Shown: positions 13,832 to 27,957 of the stretch, piece by piece | Position numbering within the stretch: the first letter of the stretch is position 1 | How the letters are laid out: every line of letters begins with the position of its first letter | Assembly: GCA_964016885.1 (NCBI GenBank) | Contig: OZ024744.1 | Span: forward strand, 81,468,001 to 81,532,000 | Length of the DNA: 64,000 bases | Reading direction: 5' to 3' | DNA from: Eledone cirrhosa | Lineage: Eukaryota | Position numbers and translations under genes: made by a program | Notes under the pieces: generated by a model | Databases searched by the model: none | Seen by the model: only the letters and a program-made list of their open reading frames with translations | What the model was told of the DNA's origin: nothing

Positions 13832-16800
13832 CAGCATCATCATCATCATCTTCGTTTAACGTCCATCTTCCACGCTAGCATGGGTTAGTGGATTGGGGTG
13901 TATATTTGGTTAAGAGGTGCCTACTGACTATAGGTTTCGCTTTGTACATAGGCAAGGCGAGTCTTCTGTATTATTGCGTAGCGCCAAAGATCTCAGTCCA
14001 GTGACATTGTCTTAGAGAGGTGCAAGTGTGTAAGGTCGGAATTTATCAGATCGTCCCAGGTTTTTCTGGGTCTACCTACTCCGTAGCTTCCATCAATTTT
14101 GATCGCCCTGTACTCTTTTATACAGCTGTCGTCTTTCATGCGCATCACGTGGCCATACCAACGTAGTCTTCTCTCAAGTAAACAGCATCTCATCCCTCTT
14201 ATTCCTAATTTATCACTTAGTTCATTTATGCTTTGCCGTTCATGTATATTACTATTACACATCCAACGGAGCATGCATGCTTCGTTCCTTTCCAGTCTGC
14301 GCAGGTCCTCTGCACGTAATGCCCATGTCTCACTGCCATCTAGCATTGCTGTTCGTATACAGGCATCATACAATCTGCCTTTCATTTTTAGAGAGAAACC
14401 TTTTGTGGCCAACAGCGGTATAAGCTCTCTGAACTTTTTCCATCCCGTTCTGACTCTGGCTACTGTACTTTCAGAACACCCTCCTCCACTGCTGATTTCA
14501 TCACCCAGGTAACGGAAAGTGTCTACTATTTCTATAGAACCATCTGGGCAATAGGAGCTAGTATCCTGTGGACAATTGCTACTTATTGCACCTGAGCATC
14601 GGCCACATATAAAGTCTACGTTCTTAGATAGTTTACCTGTGATCCCACTACATCTTTTATGTACCCATACTTTGCATTTGGGACATAAAATGGAATTTCT
14701 GCCTACTCCTTTCCTACACACCGAGCAAGGCCTTGAGGGTACCTGTGCCCTATTTTACTTTATACAAACTAGAACTTTAGTCTTAGACAAGTTAACTTTA
14801 AGGCCTTTTGATTCTAGGCCATGCTTCCATGTTTGGAATTTCTTCTCTAGTTCAGCCATTGATTCAGCTATGATCGTTAGATCATCTGCATTTAGGAATT
14901 CCCATGGGCAGCCGGTCTTGAACTCCTCTGTTATAGCCTGAAGGGCAATAATAAATAGGAGGGGGCTAAGGACAGAGCCTTGATGAACACCAAATTTTAC
15001 ACTAAATTCTTCACAATATTCATTGTTAATTCTAACCTTACTGACTGTTTCATTATACATAGCTTGTATAGCTCTCACAAGCCATTCATCTACACCTAGT
15101 TTTCTAAGAGCCCACCAGATAATGGAGCGGGGGACTCTGTCAAAAGCCTTCTCCAGGTCTACAAAAGCTAAGTAGAGGGGTTTACTTTTAGATAGGTACT
15201 TCTCCTATAGTTATCGTACAAGGAAAAGAGCGTCTGTGGTACTTTTACCTGACACAAACCCAAACTACATTTCATCTAGATCAATTCGCTCTCTGATTAG
15301 TTGCGGTATAACTCTTTCTGTGACTTTCATGACCCGGTCAACTAACTTAATGCCTCTATAGTTTCCCCTATCTAGAGCATCTCCTTTACCCTTGTAACAG
15401 TTAATGATGATGCTGCTACGCCAGTCATTTGGTATGACCCCATTCTGAATTACTTGGTTTACTATATGGGTGACCATAGTATGTCCCACCATTCCAGATG
15501 CTTTCAACATCTCAGCAACTATCTCCGAAGGCCCAGCTGCCTTGCCTGTCTTCATATCTTTGATTGCCTTACTTATTATACTACCTGTAACTTGCACCGC
15601 TTCTCCTTCTATTGGATCGATTTGGGGCTGACTATCTTGTTCCCATTTATTCTCCTCATTTAATAGTCTCTCGTAGTGACACTTCCACGCTATCTTCTTA
15701 TCAGTATCAGTGAGGGCAATACACCATTATCATTACGGACACACTTCTCCCCGACAATATCACGGTTTTCCTTGACACATTGCCTAGCAATCCTGAACAC
15801 CTCGCGTTTTTGGTCCTCACGTTGCAGAACATGCTTGAACTTTCTATCCTCTGCTTCCCTTTTTGCAAGGTACACTTGTCTCCTAGCTTCTATCCTGGCC
15901 ACTTGATAGTGCTCTCTACTTCCCCCACCCTGCCATACTTTCCAAGCCTGCTTTTTGGCCTTGATTGTCTCCTCCACCTTACTGTTCCACCACCAAGTTA
16001 CTCTCCTCCTGCCAATAGGTCTGCTCCAGCCACAGGTTTCATCCGTTGCTTTCAGCAGGTTCACTTTCAAGAATTCCCACTGTTCCTCTATATTATACGT
16101 CTCTAATTGCTCTTCCTTATTGTCAAAGGCATCAAGTAATAAGCTTTTAAATTTGTCACTGGCTATAGGGTCCTTCAACTTCCATATTCTTCTCCTCAAG
16201 GTAGGCCTCCTCTGTCGTCGAGTACGTCTATTTCTGACTATGAGGTCACTAACTACTAGGCTATGTTGGGAGGTGCATTCTTCATGGGGGAGGGATTTAG
16301 TGTTTACAACAGACACTTTGTCCCGTCTTCTAGTAAGGATATAATCTATCTGGCTGGCGGGTTCCCCTGATCTATAGGTGATCAAGTGGTTTTCTCGTTT
16401 TTTGAAGTTTGTGTTACAGATAGTTAGGTTATTGGCGTCACAGAATTCCAGGATTCTGAAGCCCTCCTCATTTAGTAGTTCTATTTAGAACTAGTCTTAT
16501 TTTAATTATTCTGTCATTCACCCTATTTACGTCAATTACCTTATCTACCCATTTTTCAGCTAACATAATTCCTACACCACCCAGTCCATTGTCATTTCCC
16601 ACCCAGAAAAGTTTATAGCATAGTTTTTTTACCCACGATGAATCTGGCAGACCCCCCCCCCCCTCTCCACCTAGTCTCTTGAATACAACAAACATCAACT
16701 TCTTTACGTTCAAGCATCTCTACAACCTCATTTGAGCGACCTTTCAATGTGCCTACGTTCATGGTACCAACTCTGAAGTTGGGAGGGTGGGATGGATGGG

Positions 16801-17110
16801 TTGGAGGGGCAGGGAGGGGTGTGGGAGACGGAATTATGTTGGTCATCCGTGTCTGAAATAAAGAGGGATCCTTGTATTCTCATCTTGCAGCGGGAGGTGA
16901 ATTTATCTTTATCTGTGACATTGTCATTGAGTGCTTAGACTTTTCAAATTCCACAGTCAACCCATCAAACAGGTCTAAACTTAAGGAGTAGTAACTGAGG
17001 TGGTAGCTTTGTTATACTGATTTGTTAGAGAACTTACTATAAGCCGCTGAGGTATGATTGGACCATATAGCAATGGTGGTGTGTGGGGGTGGGAGGGCGG
17101 GAAATAGGTA
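13832..17110 (-). mobile_element. RTE-clade LINE, near full length, degenerate (APE endonuclease + RT + PHD finger)
   Basis: ORF fragments FRVGTMNVGTLKGRS..VDVCCIQETRW (endonuclease), GVHQGSVLSPLLF/ADDL (RT), FRYLG and RRLRWYGHV; stops and frameshifts; (CAT)n tail. A 5' motif at 17040-17110 is shared with the copy at 53245. Confidence 0.93.
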
Positions 17111-17473
17111 ACTTTAGGAGAAGTTTAGTTTTTAGGAAGGGTCCAACAGAGTGAGACATATTAAAAACATATAAAATATTAATTGAAAATCTGACAGAAA
17201 AACAGAGAATTTTAATTCTAGACTGGCATAAATAGGAGTTTAAAACTCTGCCTATTGAGTCAACTACAGGTAAAAGGAAAGACAAGCATTTTGCTTACAT
17301 TCTCAAAATCGACATCATCCGTAAGATAGATTAGATAGATAAATTCTGTCTTTGGGAACCCAGCAAGATTTATTTTATACTCTACGGGTTTATATATACT
17401 TTTTTTTATTATATATAAGAACCTAATACCAATACTGTTTGTACTGCACTCCTTGTTTTTGTTTTGTTCTTTG

Positions 17474-17514
<41 letters not shown>

Positions 17515-17561
17515 CCCTATTGAGCCCTCTTTGGATTTTAGTCTTCATAATTATTATTACT

Positions 17562-17640
<79 letters not shown>

Positions 17641-17656
17641 TATATATATATAAAAT

Positions 17657-17695
<39 letters not shown>

Positions 17696-17894
17696 TAAAA
17701 TACTGACCGCAGAACCAAGCGGTTTCTGCTTGTGTGCTTAGCAAACTTTGCTAAACATACAAGCAGAAACCGCTTGGTTCTGAGGTCAGTATTTTACATC
17801 TCTCTATACCTACTCTACATCTCTCCATGTGTTGAGTACTCACATGATTATTGGTCTCCTCTATCTCAGCACCACAGACTCTCTCTCTCTATTC

Positions 17895-19709
17895 TACAAC
17901 GGGAGGACCAAAGACATGAGGTATTCAGGATTGCGAGGCAATGTGTCAAGGAGAATTGTGATATTACGAGAGACTATTAAATGAGGAGAATTAAAGGAAT
18001 AAAGATAGTATGCCCCACATCGATCCAATAGAAGGACCAGCTGCGCAAGTTGATGGTAGTGTAGTAAGGCAATCAGAAATATGAAGACAGGCAAGGCAGC
18101 TGGGCTTTCGGGGATAGTTGCTGAAATGCTGAAGGCATCTGGAATGGTAGGACATACTATGGTCACCCGGATAGTAAACCAAGTAATACAGAATGGGGTC
18201 ATACCAAATGACTGGCGTAGCAGCCTCATCATCAACTGTTACAAGGGCAAAGAAGACGCCCTGGATAGGGGAAACTATAGGGGCTTTAATTAGTTGACCA
18301 GGTCATGAAAGTCACAGAAAGAGTTATAGTGCAACTAATCAGAGAGCGAATTGATTTAGATGAAATGCAGTTTGGGTTTGTGCCAGGTAAAAGTACCATG
18401 GATGCTCTTTTCCTCGTACGGCAACTACAAGAGAAGTATCTAGCTAACAGTAAACCCCTCTACTTAGCTTTTGTTGAATCGGAGAAGGACTTTGACAGAG
18501 TCCCATGCACCTTAATCTGGTGGGGTCTTAGAAAACTAGGAGTGGAAGAATGGCTTGTGAGAGCTATACAAGCCATGTATAGAGGAATAGTCAGCAAGGT
18601 TAGAATTAACGAAGAATATAGTGATGAATTTAGCGTAATGGTAGGTGTTCACCAGGGCTCCGTTCTTAGCCCCCTCCTGTTTATTATTGTCCTACAGGCT
18701 ATAACTGACGAGTTTAAGACTGGCTGCCCATGCGAACTTCTATTGCACATGATCTATTTCTCAGAGAAGAAGTTCTAAACATGGAAATATGGCCTAGAAT
18801 CAAAAGGCCTTAGATTCAACTTGTCTGAGACTAAAGTTCTACTTTATAGAAAGGAGAATAGGTCACAGGTGCCCTCTGGGAAATGGCCATGCTCAGTGCA
18901 TAAGAAAGGAGTAGGTAGAAATTCTATTCTATGTCCCAAATTCAAACTATGGGTACATAAAAGATGTAGTGGGATCAGAGGTAAGCTATCTAAGAATGTA
19001 GATTTTATATGTGGGCGATGCTCGGGTGCAGTAAGTAACAAGGACCCATTGGATGTTATCTCCTTCCATTGCCCAGATGGTTCTATAGAAATAGTAGACA
19101 TTTTCCGTTACCTGGGTGACAAAATCAGCAGTGGAGGAGGGTGTTCTGAAAGTACCGTAGCCAGAATTAGAATGGGTTAGAAAAAGTTCAGAGAGCTTAT
19201 ACCGCTGTTGGCCACAAGAAGTTTTTCTCTAAAAGTAAAAGGCAGATTGTATGATGCTTGTATACGAACAGTGATATTACATGGTAGTGAGACCTGGGCA
19301 TTGTGTGCTGAAGACATGTGTAGATTAGAAAGAAATGAAGCTTGCATGCTCCATTGGATGTGTAATAGTAATGTGCACGAACGGCAAAGCATAAACAAAT
19401 TGAGAGAGAGATTAAGCATAAGAGGTATAAAATGTGTTCTAGAGAGATGGCATTGGTATGACCATGTGTTGTGTATGAAGGATGACAGCTGTATAGGTGT
19501 AAGTGGTCATGTAGGAGACACGGTAAAAAGGCTCCCAGTCCACACTGTAAATGTGGTTGGTGTTAGAAAGGGTATCCAGCTGTAAAACAAATCTGCCAGA
19601 GACACGTCCATACGAGCGAGACACGGCTTCCCAACCATTCCTCCATCAAATGGAATAAAACCATCTAACCCATGCTAACGTGGAAGATGGACATTAAATG
19701 ATGATGATG

Positions 19710-19710
<1 letters not shown>
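17895..19710 (+). mobile_element. RTE-clade LINE, 5'-truncated
   Basis: KAAGLSGIVAEML, QFGFVPGKST, QGSVLSPLLF, PHD-like Cys cluster and FRYLG; RTE 3' tail ending in (GAT)n. Confidence 0.92.
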
Positions 19711-19744
<34 letters not shown>

Positions 19745-20591
19745 TATTGCCATCGTTTCACATCCACTTTCTACGCTTGCATAGGCTAGGCTGGTTGTCA
19801 CTTTATGAGACAAGTCAGGTCAGGTGACTATGTCTTGCTCATATGGATCTGCTTTGGGGTTGGTTTCTATGGCTAGATGTCAACCACATTATATACATCA
19901 TCATCATTATCACCATTTTATGTCTAGCATGGGTTAGACAAGTTGTTCTGTTGTGGGCAATGCCAGCTTAGGTAACCATGTCTCGCTCATACAGAACAGA
20001 TTTTGGCTTGATTTCTACAGTGAGATGCCCTTCCTAACACCAACCTCATTTACAGTGACTACTGGGTGTTTGTTATCATGGTACCTACACAAAAACTTTA
20101 CAGTGTAGACTGGGTGCTTTTTTGTCGTGATACTTACACAACCACTTTACAGTGGGAGGAGTGATAAATATATCATCATCATCGTATTTACGTCCGCTTT
20201 TCCACACTTGCATGGGTTAGACAGCACAACATCTCTCCACTTATCGTCTTCCTTCATCATCTCCTCACACAAAGATACCATCCACATTAAAATGGACTTT
20301 TGTGGACTAGATTATATTTTAGTAGAGTAAAATTAAAGTTTTGGTCCCTTATTCTTTTGTCAAGGTCAGAACCTTGGCATGTTTTCATATAAGGGAAAGA
20401 TATTTGTTAAAAATGTGAAGTCATGTGGCTTACTGGTTAGGGTGTTTGACTCCTGATTGTGATGTTGTGCCCCCAATTCTTTGTGTTTGTGAACAGATAC
20501 TTTATTTCACATTGTTCCAGTCCACTCAGCTCGTAATTTTTAGAACTAACCTTGTCACACACTGTGTCATGCTGAATTTCCCAGAGAACTA

Positions 20592-20734
20592 TGAGGGTTG
20601 GCTGAAAAGTTCAGAAGCTGACTATGAAATAGTGGTGCTAGGGCTGTGAAATCTTAAATACATTAATTTCAACTCTCTTTATTAATAACTGCATTGTTTC
20701 TTTCCAAGGACTATGAACTTTTCAGCTAACCCTC
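20592..20734. mobile_element. mariner-derived MITE
   Basis: TIRs GAGGGTTGGCTGAAAAGTTCA / TGAACTTTTCAGCTAACCCTC. Confidence 0.7.
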
Positions 20735-21689
20735 GGATAGTCAGAGAATAGTTGCAAAAAATCTACCTGGCAATAACTCAGTTGGCTTTTATTCTTATGT
20801 AACCAACAAGGTAACCAGCACATGATTTCTTGTAAACATGAAATCAGAAGTGAGTATCCTACCTGTTGCTCAGATACCTGGCAAGAATCAACTTACATCT
20901 GTGTTACTTCAGGCTGTTAATCATTCTTCCAATTTTTTCTATGGTGAGAGATCATTTATGCTTGATCTGTGATTCTGATATGTGTTCAAATGAGTGTTGA
21001 TCGTTGCAGATTAGCTTACAAAATCAGAAAACAACACAACTGCCATGACTTTCGGAAACATTTTTTCATGCTTAGAGTTGTTGAAGCATGAAACAAACTA
21101 CCTGCATCAGTTGTTAGATGTCAGGAAACTGCATCCTTCAAAACTTCCATGCTTCCCAAAATTCACCAACACTACACCTGATATTTCTCCTCCATACATA
21201 TGCACACATGTGTGCATATGTGTATATCATAACTCATACACTGTTCACTTTCCTGACACTTGTTCATTATTCTATGTACTATACATGAACCTTCAATGGG
21301 TTGTACTGCACCTGAGCACCATATACAATAATTTTCATTTTTTTTTTAGTGTAAAGTAAAAGTAAAAGAGAATTATATATTTACTCTTCTTTTTGAAATG
21401 TTAGAATCACAGGTGTTGACTCAACCTAGACATCTTGCTTTGAATTTTTTAAATATATTTTTTACATTGCTAAGTTATAGTTCAATCTTATACTTGAGCT
21501 CAATATAATTCGTCCATCCAATAGCAACAGGTTGTCTTCCCTACATATGGTTCTGAAAAAGACACAGTAGCTGACATACTTGGGGTTAGTATCATGTACT
21601 CAACATCAACACGGTTTCAAATGGTTATTCAATACCACACTTAGAGTAGAGCCACAAAATAGCAATAACAAACAAGTTTGTAAAGATGT

Positions 21690-21904
21690 TTAACCCTTTA
21701 GCATTTACATTACTCCATATTTACTATTGTATTTTCATAGTTAAGGCTTCACCTCACATAATTTCGAATTATGAGATTTTGATGTTATTTATTTTGAGAA
21801 CAATACCTTAACATAAATATGAGTGGCTGGTTACAGCCTGTTTAAACAGAAAGAAGTGAGAGTATTCAGACTGGATATGGCTGATTTAAATGCTAAAGAG
21901 TTAA
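21690..21904. mobile_element. TTAA-flanked piggyBac-type MITE (related copies at 63325-63551, split 6907/8010-8198 and 23020/23650)
   Basis: TTAA CCCTTTAGCATTTA ... TAAATGCTAAAGAG TTAA termini; recurrent in the window. Confidence 0.7.
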
Positions 21905-23729
21905 TGTAAATAAATTTTAGTTACATCGAACTCTTTTGATACTGAAGTGCCTCAAACCATTCTTGGTTATATGCTACAAAGTTGTTTATTTCAAAGTATT
22001 TATATTTAAAAAAGACTTCTATCACAATTTTATTTAAGAATTTTTGTTAAGTTCTAAACAGCAAATTAATAATGTAAGAGTTAGTTATTTTACTAAATCC
22101 TTCCAAATTCGCAACATTTTTCAAAATTATTTGCAACACATAGGCAGCATCTTTCATTGGATATATGGTGACAAAAGGGTTAAATATATGAGAATACAGA
22201 AGAAGGCATGAAGATTTGTTTTGAAATTGTGCTTCAGAAGGGAACTTTCTAGGTGCAAATCCCATGGTTATTCGTGCCCAAAGTGGGGCCTTTACACTGC
22301 TGCTGAATATCATCTTCATGAATAAACTTACCCAATCCTGTTAACCCTTTTGATACCAACCTACCCCAAACAACCTTAGTTTCTATGAAACAAAACCACA
22401 CATTTTAAATGATTCCCATTTAAAATAAAATCATCCAACACAATTTCATATAAGAAGCTATTAAGTTTTTCATTTTTGTATTTGTTTTGCAAGATTCTTG
22501 ATGTGAAATCATGTGTTGTAACATATTTTTAAACTTTGGGAGGGTCATGCTGTCAATAAAAATACATGCACCGGATGTGTGTGCTTTTATTGGAAGTATG
22601 GCTCTCTTAAAGTATAGCAAAATTTTGTTAAGTTATATTATAAATACCATTGTAATAATTGTTTCTATGTTAGGCACAAAGTTGATTAAATCAACCCCAG
22701 TGTGTTACTGGTACTTTATTTTATTGATCCTGTAAGGATGAAAGGTAGAGCTAACCTAGGAGGGATTTGAACTCAGTACGTAAAGGGATGTAACTATGCT
22801 GCAAAGCATAGCGTCTGACGCTCTGCCGATTCTGATAATCCACTGCCCTTACCATTGTAATAATGAAATAATTAATAGTTTTAGCAAATCCCTTCAAATT
22901 CTTCATTGATTAGTATAGTGCATTTCATTAGAAATATGGCAAGGAAAGGGTTAAATAATATTTCATCAAGTGGAGAGGCATCTAAAAATATGTATTCTTT
23001 TCTATTATCTACAGCCATCTTAACCCTTTACCATTTACATTACTCTATATATACAAAATTGTATTTTCAGTCAACACTTTATTTCACATAATTATCTCAC
23101 ATGATATCGAATCTACGAGATTTTGATATTATTTATTTTGAGAACAATACTTTAACATAAGTATAAGACGACAGCTGTATAAAAAAGTGCAGGGCGATAA
23201 AAATAGACGGTAGCCATGGAGTAGGCAGACCCAGAAAAACATGGGACGATTTGATAAATTCCGACCTCACATACTTACACCTCTCCAAGACAATGTCACT
23301 GGACCAAGATCTTTGGCGCTACACAGTAATACAGAAGACCCACCTTGCCTAAATACAAAGCGAAACCTATAGTCAGTAGGCACCTCTAACAAAATACACC
23401 CCCGTCCCACTACCCCAACCCCATTCACACCACCCCTTTCAATGTAAAGTTATGTTGGTACCACAACATCTAGTCCGAAACAAATGAGGTCGTGTAGGTG
23501 TTACTGGTACTTTATTTTATAGAACCCCGTAAGGATGAAAGACAAAGCTAACCTCGGAGGGATTTGAACTCAAAACTTAATAGGATGTAACTATATGTTG
23601 CAAGGCATATTGTCCGTGACTCTACCGATACTGCCAATCCACCCCTCTGAACCCTTTAGCATTTAAACCAGCCGTGTCTGGCCAGAATTCTCTCACTTCT
23701 TTCTGTTCAAACTGGCCATAACTGGATGC

Positions 23730-26498
23730 TCATCATCATCATCATCAACGTTTAACGTCCATCTTCCACGTTTGCATGGGTTTGGACGGGGAATTTTCCC
23801 ACTTGAGGCAAGATTGGTTGTCCTGCTCGTATAAGACTGTCTGGCGGGTTTTCTACGGCTGGATGCCCTTCCTAACACCAACGACATTTACAGTGTGGGG
23901 CTGGAAACTTTTTACTGTGTTACCTACACGGCCACATTACAGCGTGGACTGTGTTTTTTTGTCGTGACACCTACACAACCTCATTTGTTTCGGCCTGGAT
24001 GTTGGTACCGACATAACTTTACATTGAAAGGGGTGGTGTGGATGGGGTGGGGGTAGGGGACGGGGGTGTATTTTGTTAGAGGTGCCTACTGACTGTAGTA
24101 GGTTTTAATTTGTATTTAGGTAAGGCGGGTCTTCTCTATTACTGTGTAACGCCAAAGATCTCGGTCCAGTGACATTGTCTTGGAAAGGTGTAAGTGTGTG
24201 AGGTCGGAATTGATCAAGTCGTCCCAGGTTTTTCTGGGTCTGCCTACTCCATGGCTACCGTCTATTTTTATTGCCCTGCACTTTTTTATACAGCTGTCGT
24301 CTTTCATGCGCATCACGTGACCATACCAACGTAGTCTTCTCTCAAGTAAACAACATCAGATCCCTCTTATTCCTAATTTCTCCCTTAGTTCGTTTATGCT
24401 TTGCCGTTCACGTATATTACTATTACACATCCAGCGGAGCATGCAAGCTTCGTTTCTCTCCAGTCTGCGTATATCCTCTGCACACAATGCCCAGGTCTCA
24501 CTGCCATGTAACATTGCTGTTCGTATACAGGCATCATACAGCCTGCCTTTCATTTTTAGGGAGAACCCTTTAGCGGCTAATAGTGGTATAAGCTCTCTGA
24601 ACTTTTTCCATCCAGTTCTGACTCTAGCTACTGTACTTTCAGAGCACCCACCCCCACTGCTGATTTTGTCACCCAGGCAACGGAAGCTGTCCACTATTTC
24701 TATAGAACCATCTGTGCAATTGAAAGAGCTAGTATTCTGTGAGCACTTGCTGCTATTTATTGCACCAGAGCACCAGCCACATATACAATCTATGTTCTTA
24801 GTTAGCTTACCTGTGATCCCACTACATCTTTTATGCACCCATACTTTGCATTTGGGACATAAAATGGAGTTTCTACCTACTCCTTTCCTACACACTGAGC
24901 ATGGCCATTTCCCGGATGGGACCGGCGCCCTATTTTCCTTCCTACAAACTATAACTTTAGTCTTAGCCAAGTTAATTTTAAGGCCTTTTGATTCTAGGCC
25001 ATGCTTCCATGTTTGGAATTTCTTCTCTAGTTCGGCCATTGATTCAGCTATGAGCGTTAGATCATCTGCGTATAGGAGTTCCCATGGGCAGCCGGTCTTA
25101 AACTCCACTGTTATAGCCTGAAGGGCAATAATAAATAGTAGGGGGCTAAGAACGGAGCCCTGATGAACATCAACTTTTACGCTAAACTCTTCACTATATT
25201 CGTTAATTCTAACCTTGCTGACTGTTTCTTTATATATGGCTTGTATAGCTCTCACAAGCCATTCATCAACACCTAGTTTTCTAAGAGCCCACCAGATAAT
25301 GGAACGGGGGGACTCTGTCGAAGGCTTTCTCCAAGTCGACAAAAGCTAAGTATAGGGGTTTACTTTTAGCTAGGAACTTCTCCTGTAGTTGTTGTACAAT
25401 GAAAAGAGCGTCTGTGGTACTTTTGCCTGACACAAACCCGAACTGCATTTCATCTAGATCAATTCTCTCTCTGATTAGTTGCGCTATTACTTTTTCTGTG
25501 ACCTTCATAACCTGGTCGATTAATTTAATGCCTCTATAGTTACTCCTATCTAGGGCATCTCCTTTACCCTTGTAGCAGTTAATGATGATGCTGCTACGCC
25601 AGTCCTTCGGAACAACCCCATTCTGTATGACTTGGTTTACTATCCGGGTGACCATGGTGTGTCCCACCGTTCCAGAAGCTTTCAGCATTTCAGCAACTAT
25701 TTCCGAAGGCCCAGCCGCCTTACCCGTCTTCATATCTTTGATTGCCTTACTTATTATACTACCTTCGACTAACACTGCTGGTCCCTCTATTGGGTCGATG
25801 TGGGGGAGACTGTCTTTCTCCCATTTATTCTCTTCATTTAGTAGCCTTTCGTAGTGACACTTCCAAGCTACCTTCTTATCAGCGTCAGTGATGGCAAGTA
25901 TGCCATCATCATTAAGTACACACTTCTCCCCGACAATATCATGGTTTTCCTTGACACATTGCCTAGCAATCCTGAACACCTCGTTTTTGGTCCTCGCGTT
26001 GTAGAACATGCTTGAACTTTCTTTCCTCTGCTTCTCTTCTTGCGAAGTACACTTGACTCCTCTACCTTACTGTTCCACCACCATGTTACTCTCCTCCTGC
26101 CTATAGGCCTGCTCCAGCCACAGACTTCGTCTGCCGCCATCAGCAGGTTTGCTTTCAGGAATTCCCACTGTTCCTCTATACTGTACGACTCTAAATGCTC
26201 TTCCTTACTGTCGAAAGCATCAAGTAATATGCTTTTAAATTTATTTCTAGCTGTGGGGTCCTTTAGCTTCCATATTTTTCTCCTAAGGATAGTCCTTTTC
26301 TGCTGTCGAGTACGTCTCGTCCTGACTATGAGGTCACTAATTATCAGTCTATGTTGGGAGGTGCATTCTTCATGGGGAGGGATTTAGTGTTTACAACAGA
26401 CACTCTATCACGTCTTCTGGTAAGGATATAATCTACCTGGCTGGTATGTTCCCCTGATCTGTAGGTGATCAAGTGATTGTCTCGTTTTTTGAAGTTGT
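23730..26498 (-). mobile_element. RTE-clade LINE, 5'-truncated
   Basis: ORFs 25281-26009 and 24356-25342 with LAFVDLEKAFD, YADD and PHD; 3' UTR with (CAT)n tail. Confidence 0.94.
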
Positions 26499-27957
26499 AT
26501 ATATATATATGTGTATATATATAAATATATATATATATTGAGCTTTTGGCTGTGTTAGGTTTAGGTGACACCTTCATTCACAAAATCACAAGGATCTCCC
26601 AATGTATTCAAAGCTCTCTCAATATCACACGTTTACTGCCTGGTTTGTCATCCTCAGAGAATCACATTTTCTTTACAATGTATCTATTTTGATTAAGTAA
26701 ATATCCCTAACAAAATATTAATTAAATTGATTGCTTCAAAATTATAGTTTTGTTCTAATTAAATTATATAACGTTTATGATTTGCAAAACGAACAAAGTG
26801 ATTTTTAAAGAATGGAAGATGTACACAATCAATTACAAATAACAACAGTGACTGCTGGTCTAAAAAATTGTGAGGCAATAGAGTGGGTGATAGCGAAGCT
26901 AAACCGCTGGAATAGTCAAGCACTCTCACCTCATACTTCGGTAAAGAGAGCCGTCATCAATAACAAAATTCTTGTTGTCAGCTGTCCAACTAAACCTATC
27001 GTCACGCATATCATATACTAGTGTTTCTCTTTAAATCTTCGAAGCAAGCCAAGGTACTCATGAAATTGCTACGGGTGATAGCGAGGCTAAGGCACTGGAA
27101 TAGTCAAGCAGCTTCACGATCATCACCTGTTACTTCAGTAAAACCTCGTCGTCAGCTGTCCAGTTCAACTGATCCTCTCGAACAACCCAGGCTGAATGAT
27201 GTAGTATTCCGATCAATCACGGCATTTCAGTAGTTTATTCTGTTCGGCTACCAATGTGGTGACCCACTATCACCACAGCATCAACGATGTGATAAGGAAT
27301 GAGAGTTCCGCTGACAGTGACGTCTCGCATGAGGAATCAACCCACGGTTAAATGGTATGACAACCCTCTTTCTACCGATCCTGGACAACCCAACTGGTCA
27401 CAGAATTAAAAGGATATTAACAAGCTAAGCCGTTTTTTTTTTTTTAATTACGGATTATCAATTGTAGTTCAAGGGAGATAACTTTGAATTCCTCTAAATA
27501 AACTGAATAAAATATTTGTTTACAAAAATATTACTATGGTTACTTTGTTTGGGACACAGACATTAACATGAAAACAGCGAGCGCAAGTTCTGACTTCCCA
27601 CTTACATATTTATTCTGATTTCTTTAATCGTGAATATCTTTTCTTTGTAAACGGTGTTCGAGACACTCCGGTTGAAAACCTCTCACGTAACAGTTCCCAT
27701 GTATCAATATGACAATTGACTCAGCACCTACGGTGCTTTTCAATTCTTTTTCAGTCTTCTAACACGAGCTAAGCTACAATTCACACACACCGATAACGAT
27801 TTTCATACACTTCTAGAAATCACCCGATAATAATTAGTCATATAATTTTAGCAAAATAAAATTTTTCAATCACAGGATTAATGCTTAATTAAAAAAAGAA
27901 GAAAAAAACATATACCCATTCAACCATTGATTCAACATTATCTTTCAACACATGTTG

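Noticed and set aside
24396-25121. Long ORFs antisense to RTE and CRE coding regions (also 14099, 14576, 34064, 59047, 7411)
   Set aside because: Shadow frames of retrotransposon ORFs with no independent homology.
26812-27233. VIA[KR]L..WNSQA peptide repeats as a small protein family
   Set aside because: The fourth unit has an in-frame TGA, there are no consistent starts or splice sites, and downstream indels break frame.
27073-27274. 7SL, 5S, 5.8S or U3 identity for the four repeat units
   Set aside because: Only short scattered word matches in the wrong order; diagnostic boxes and helices are absent.
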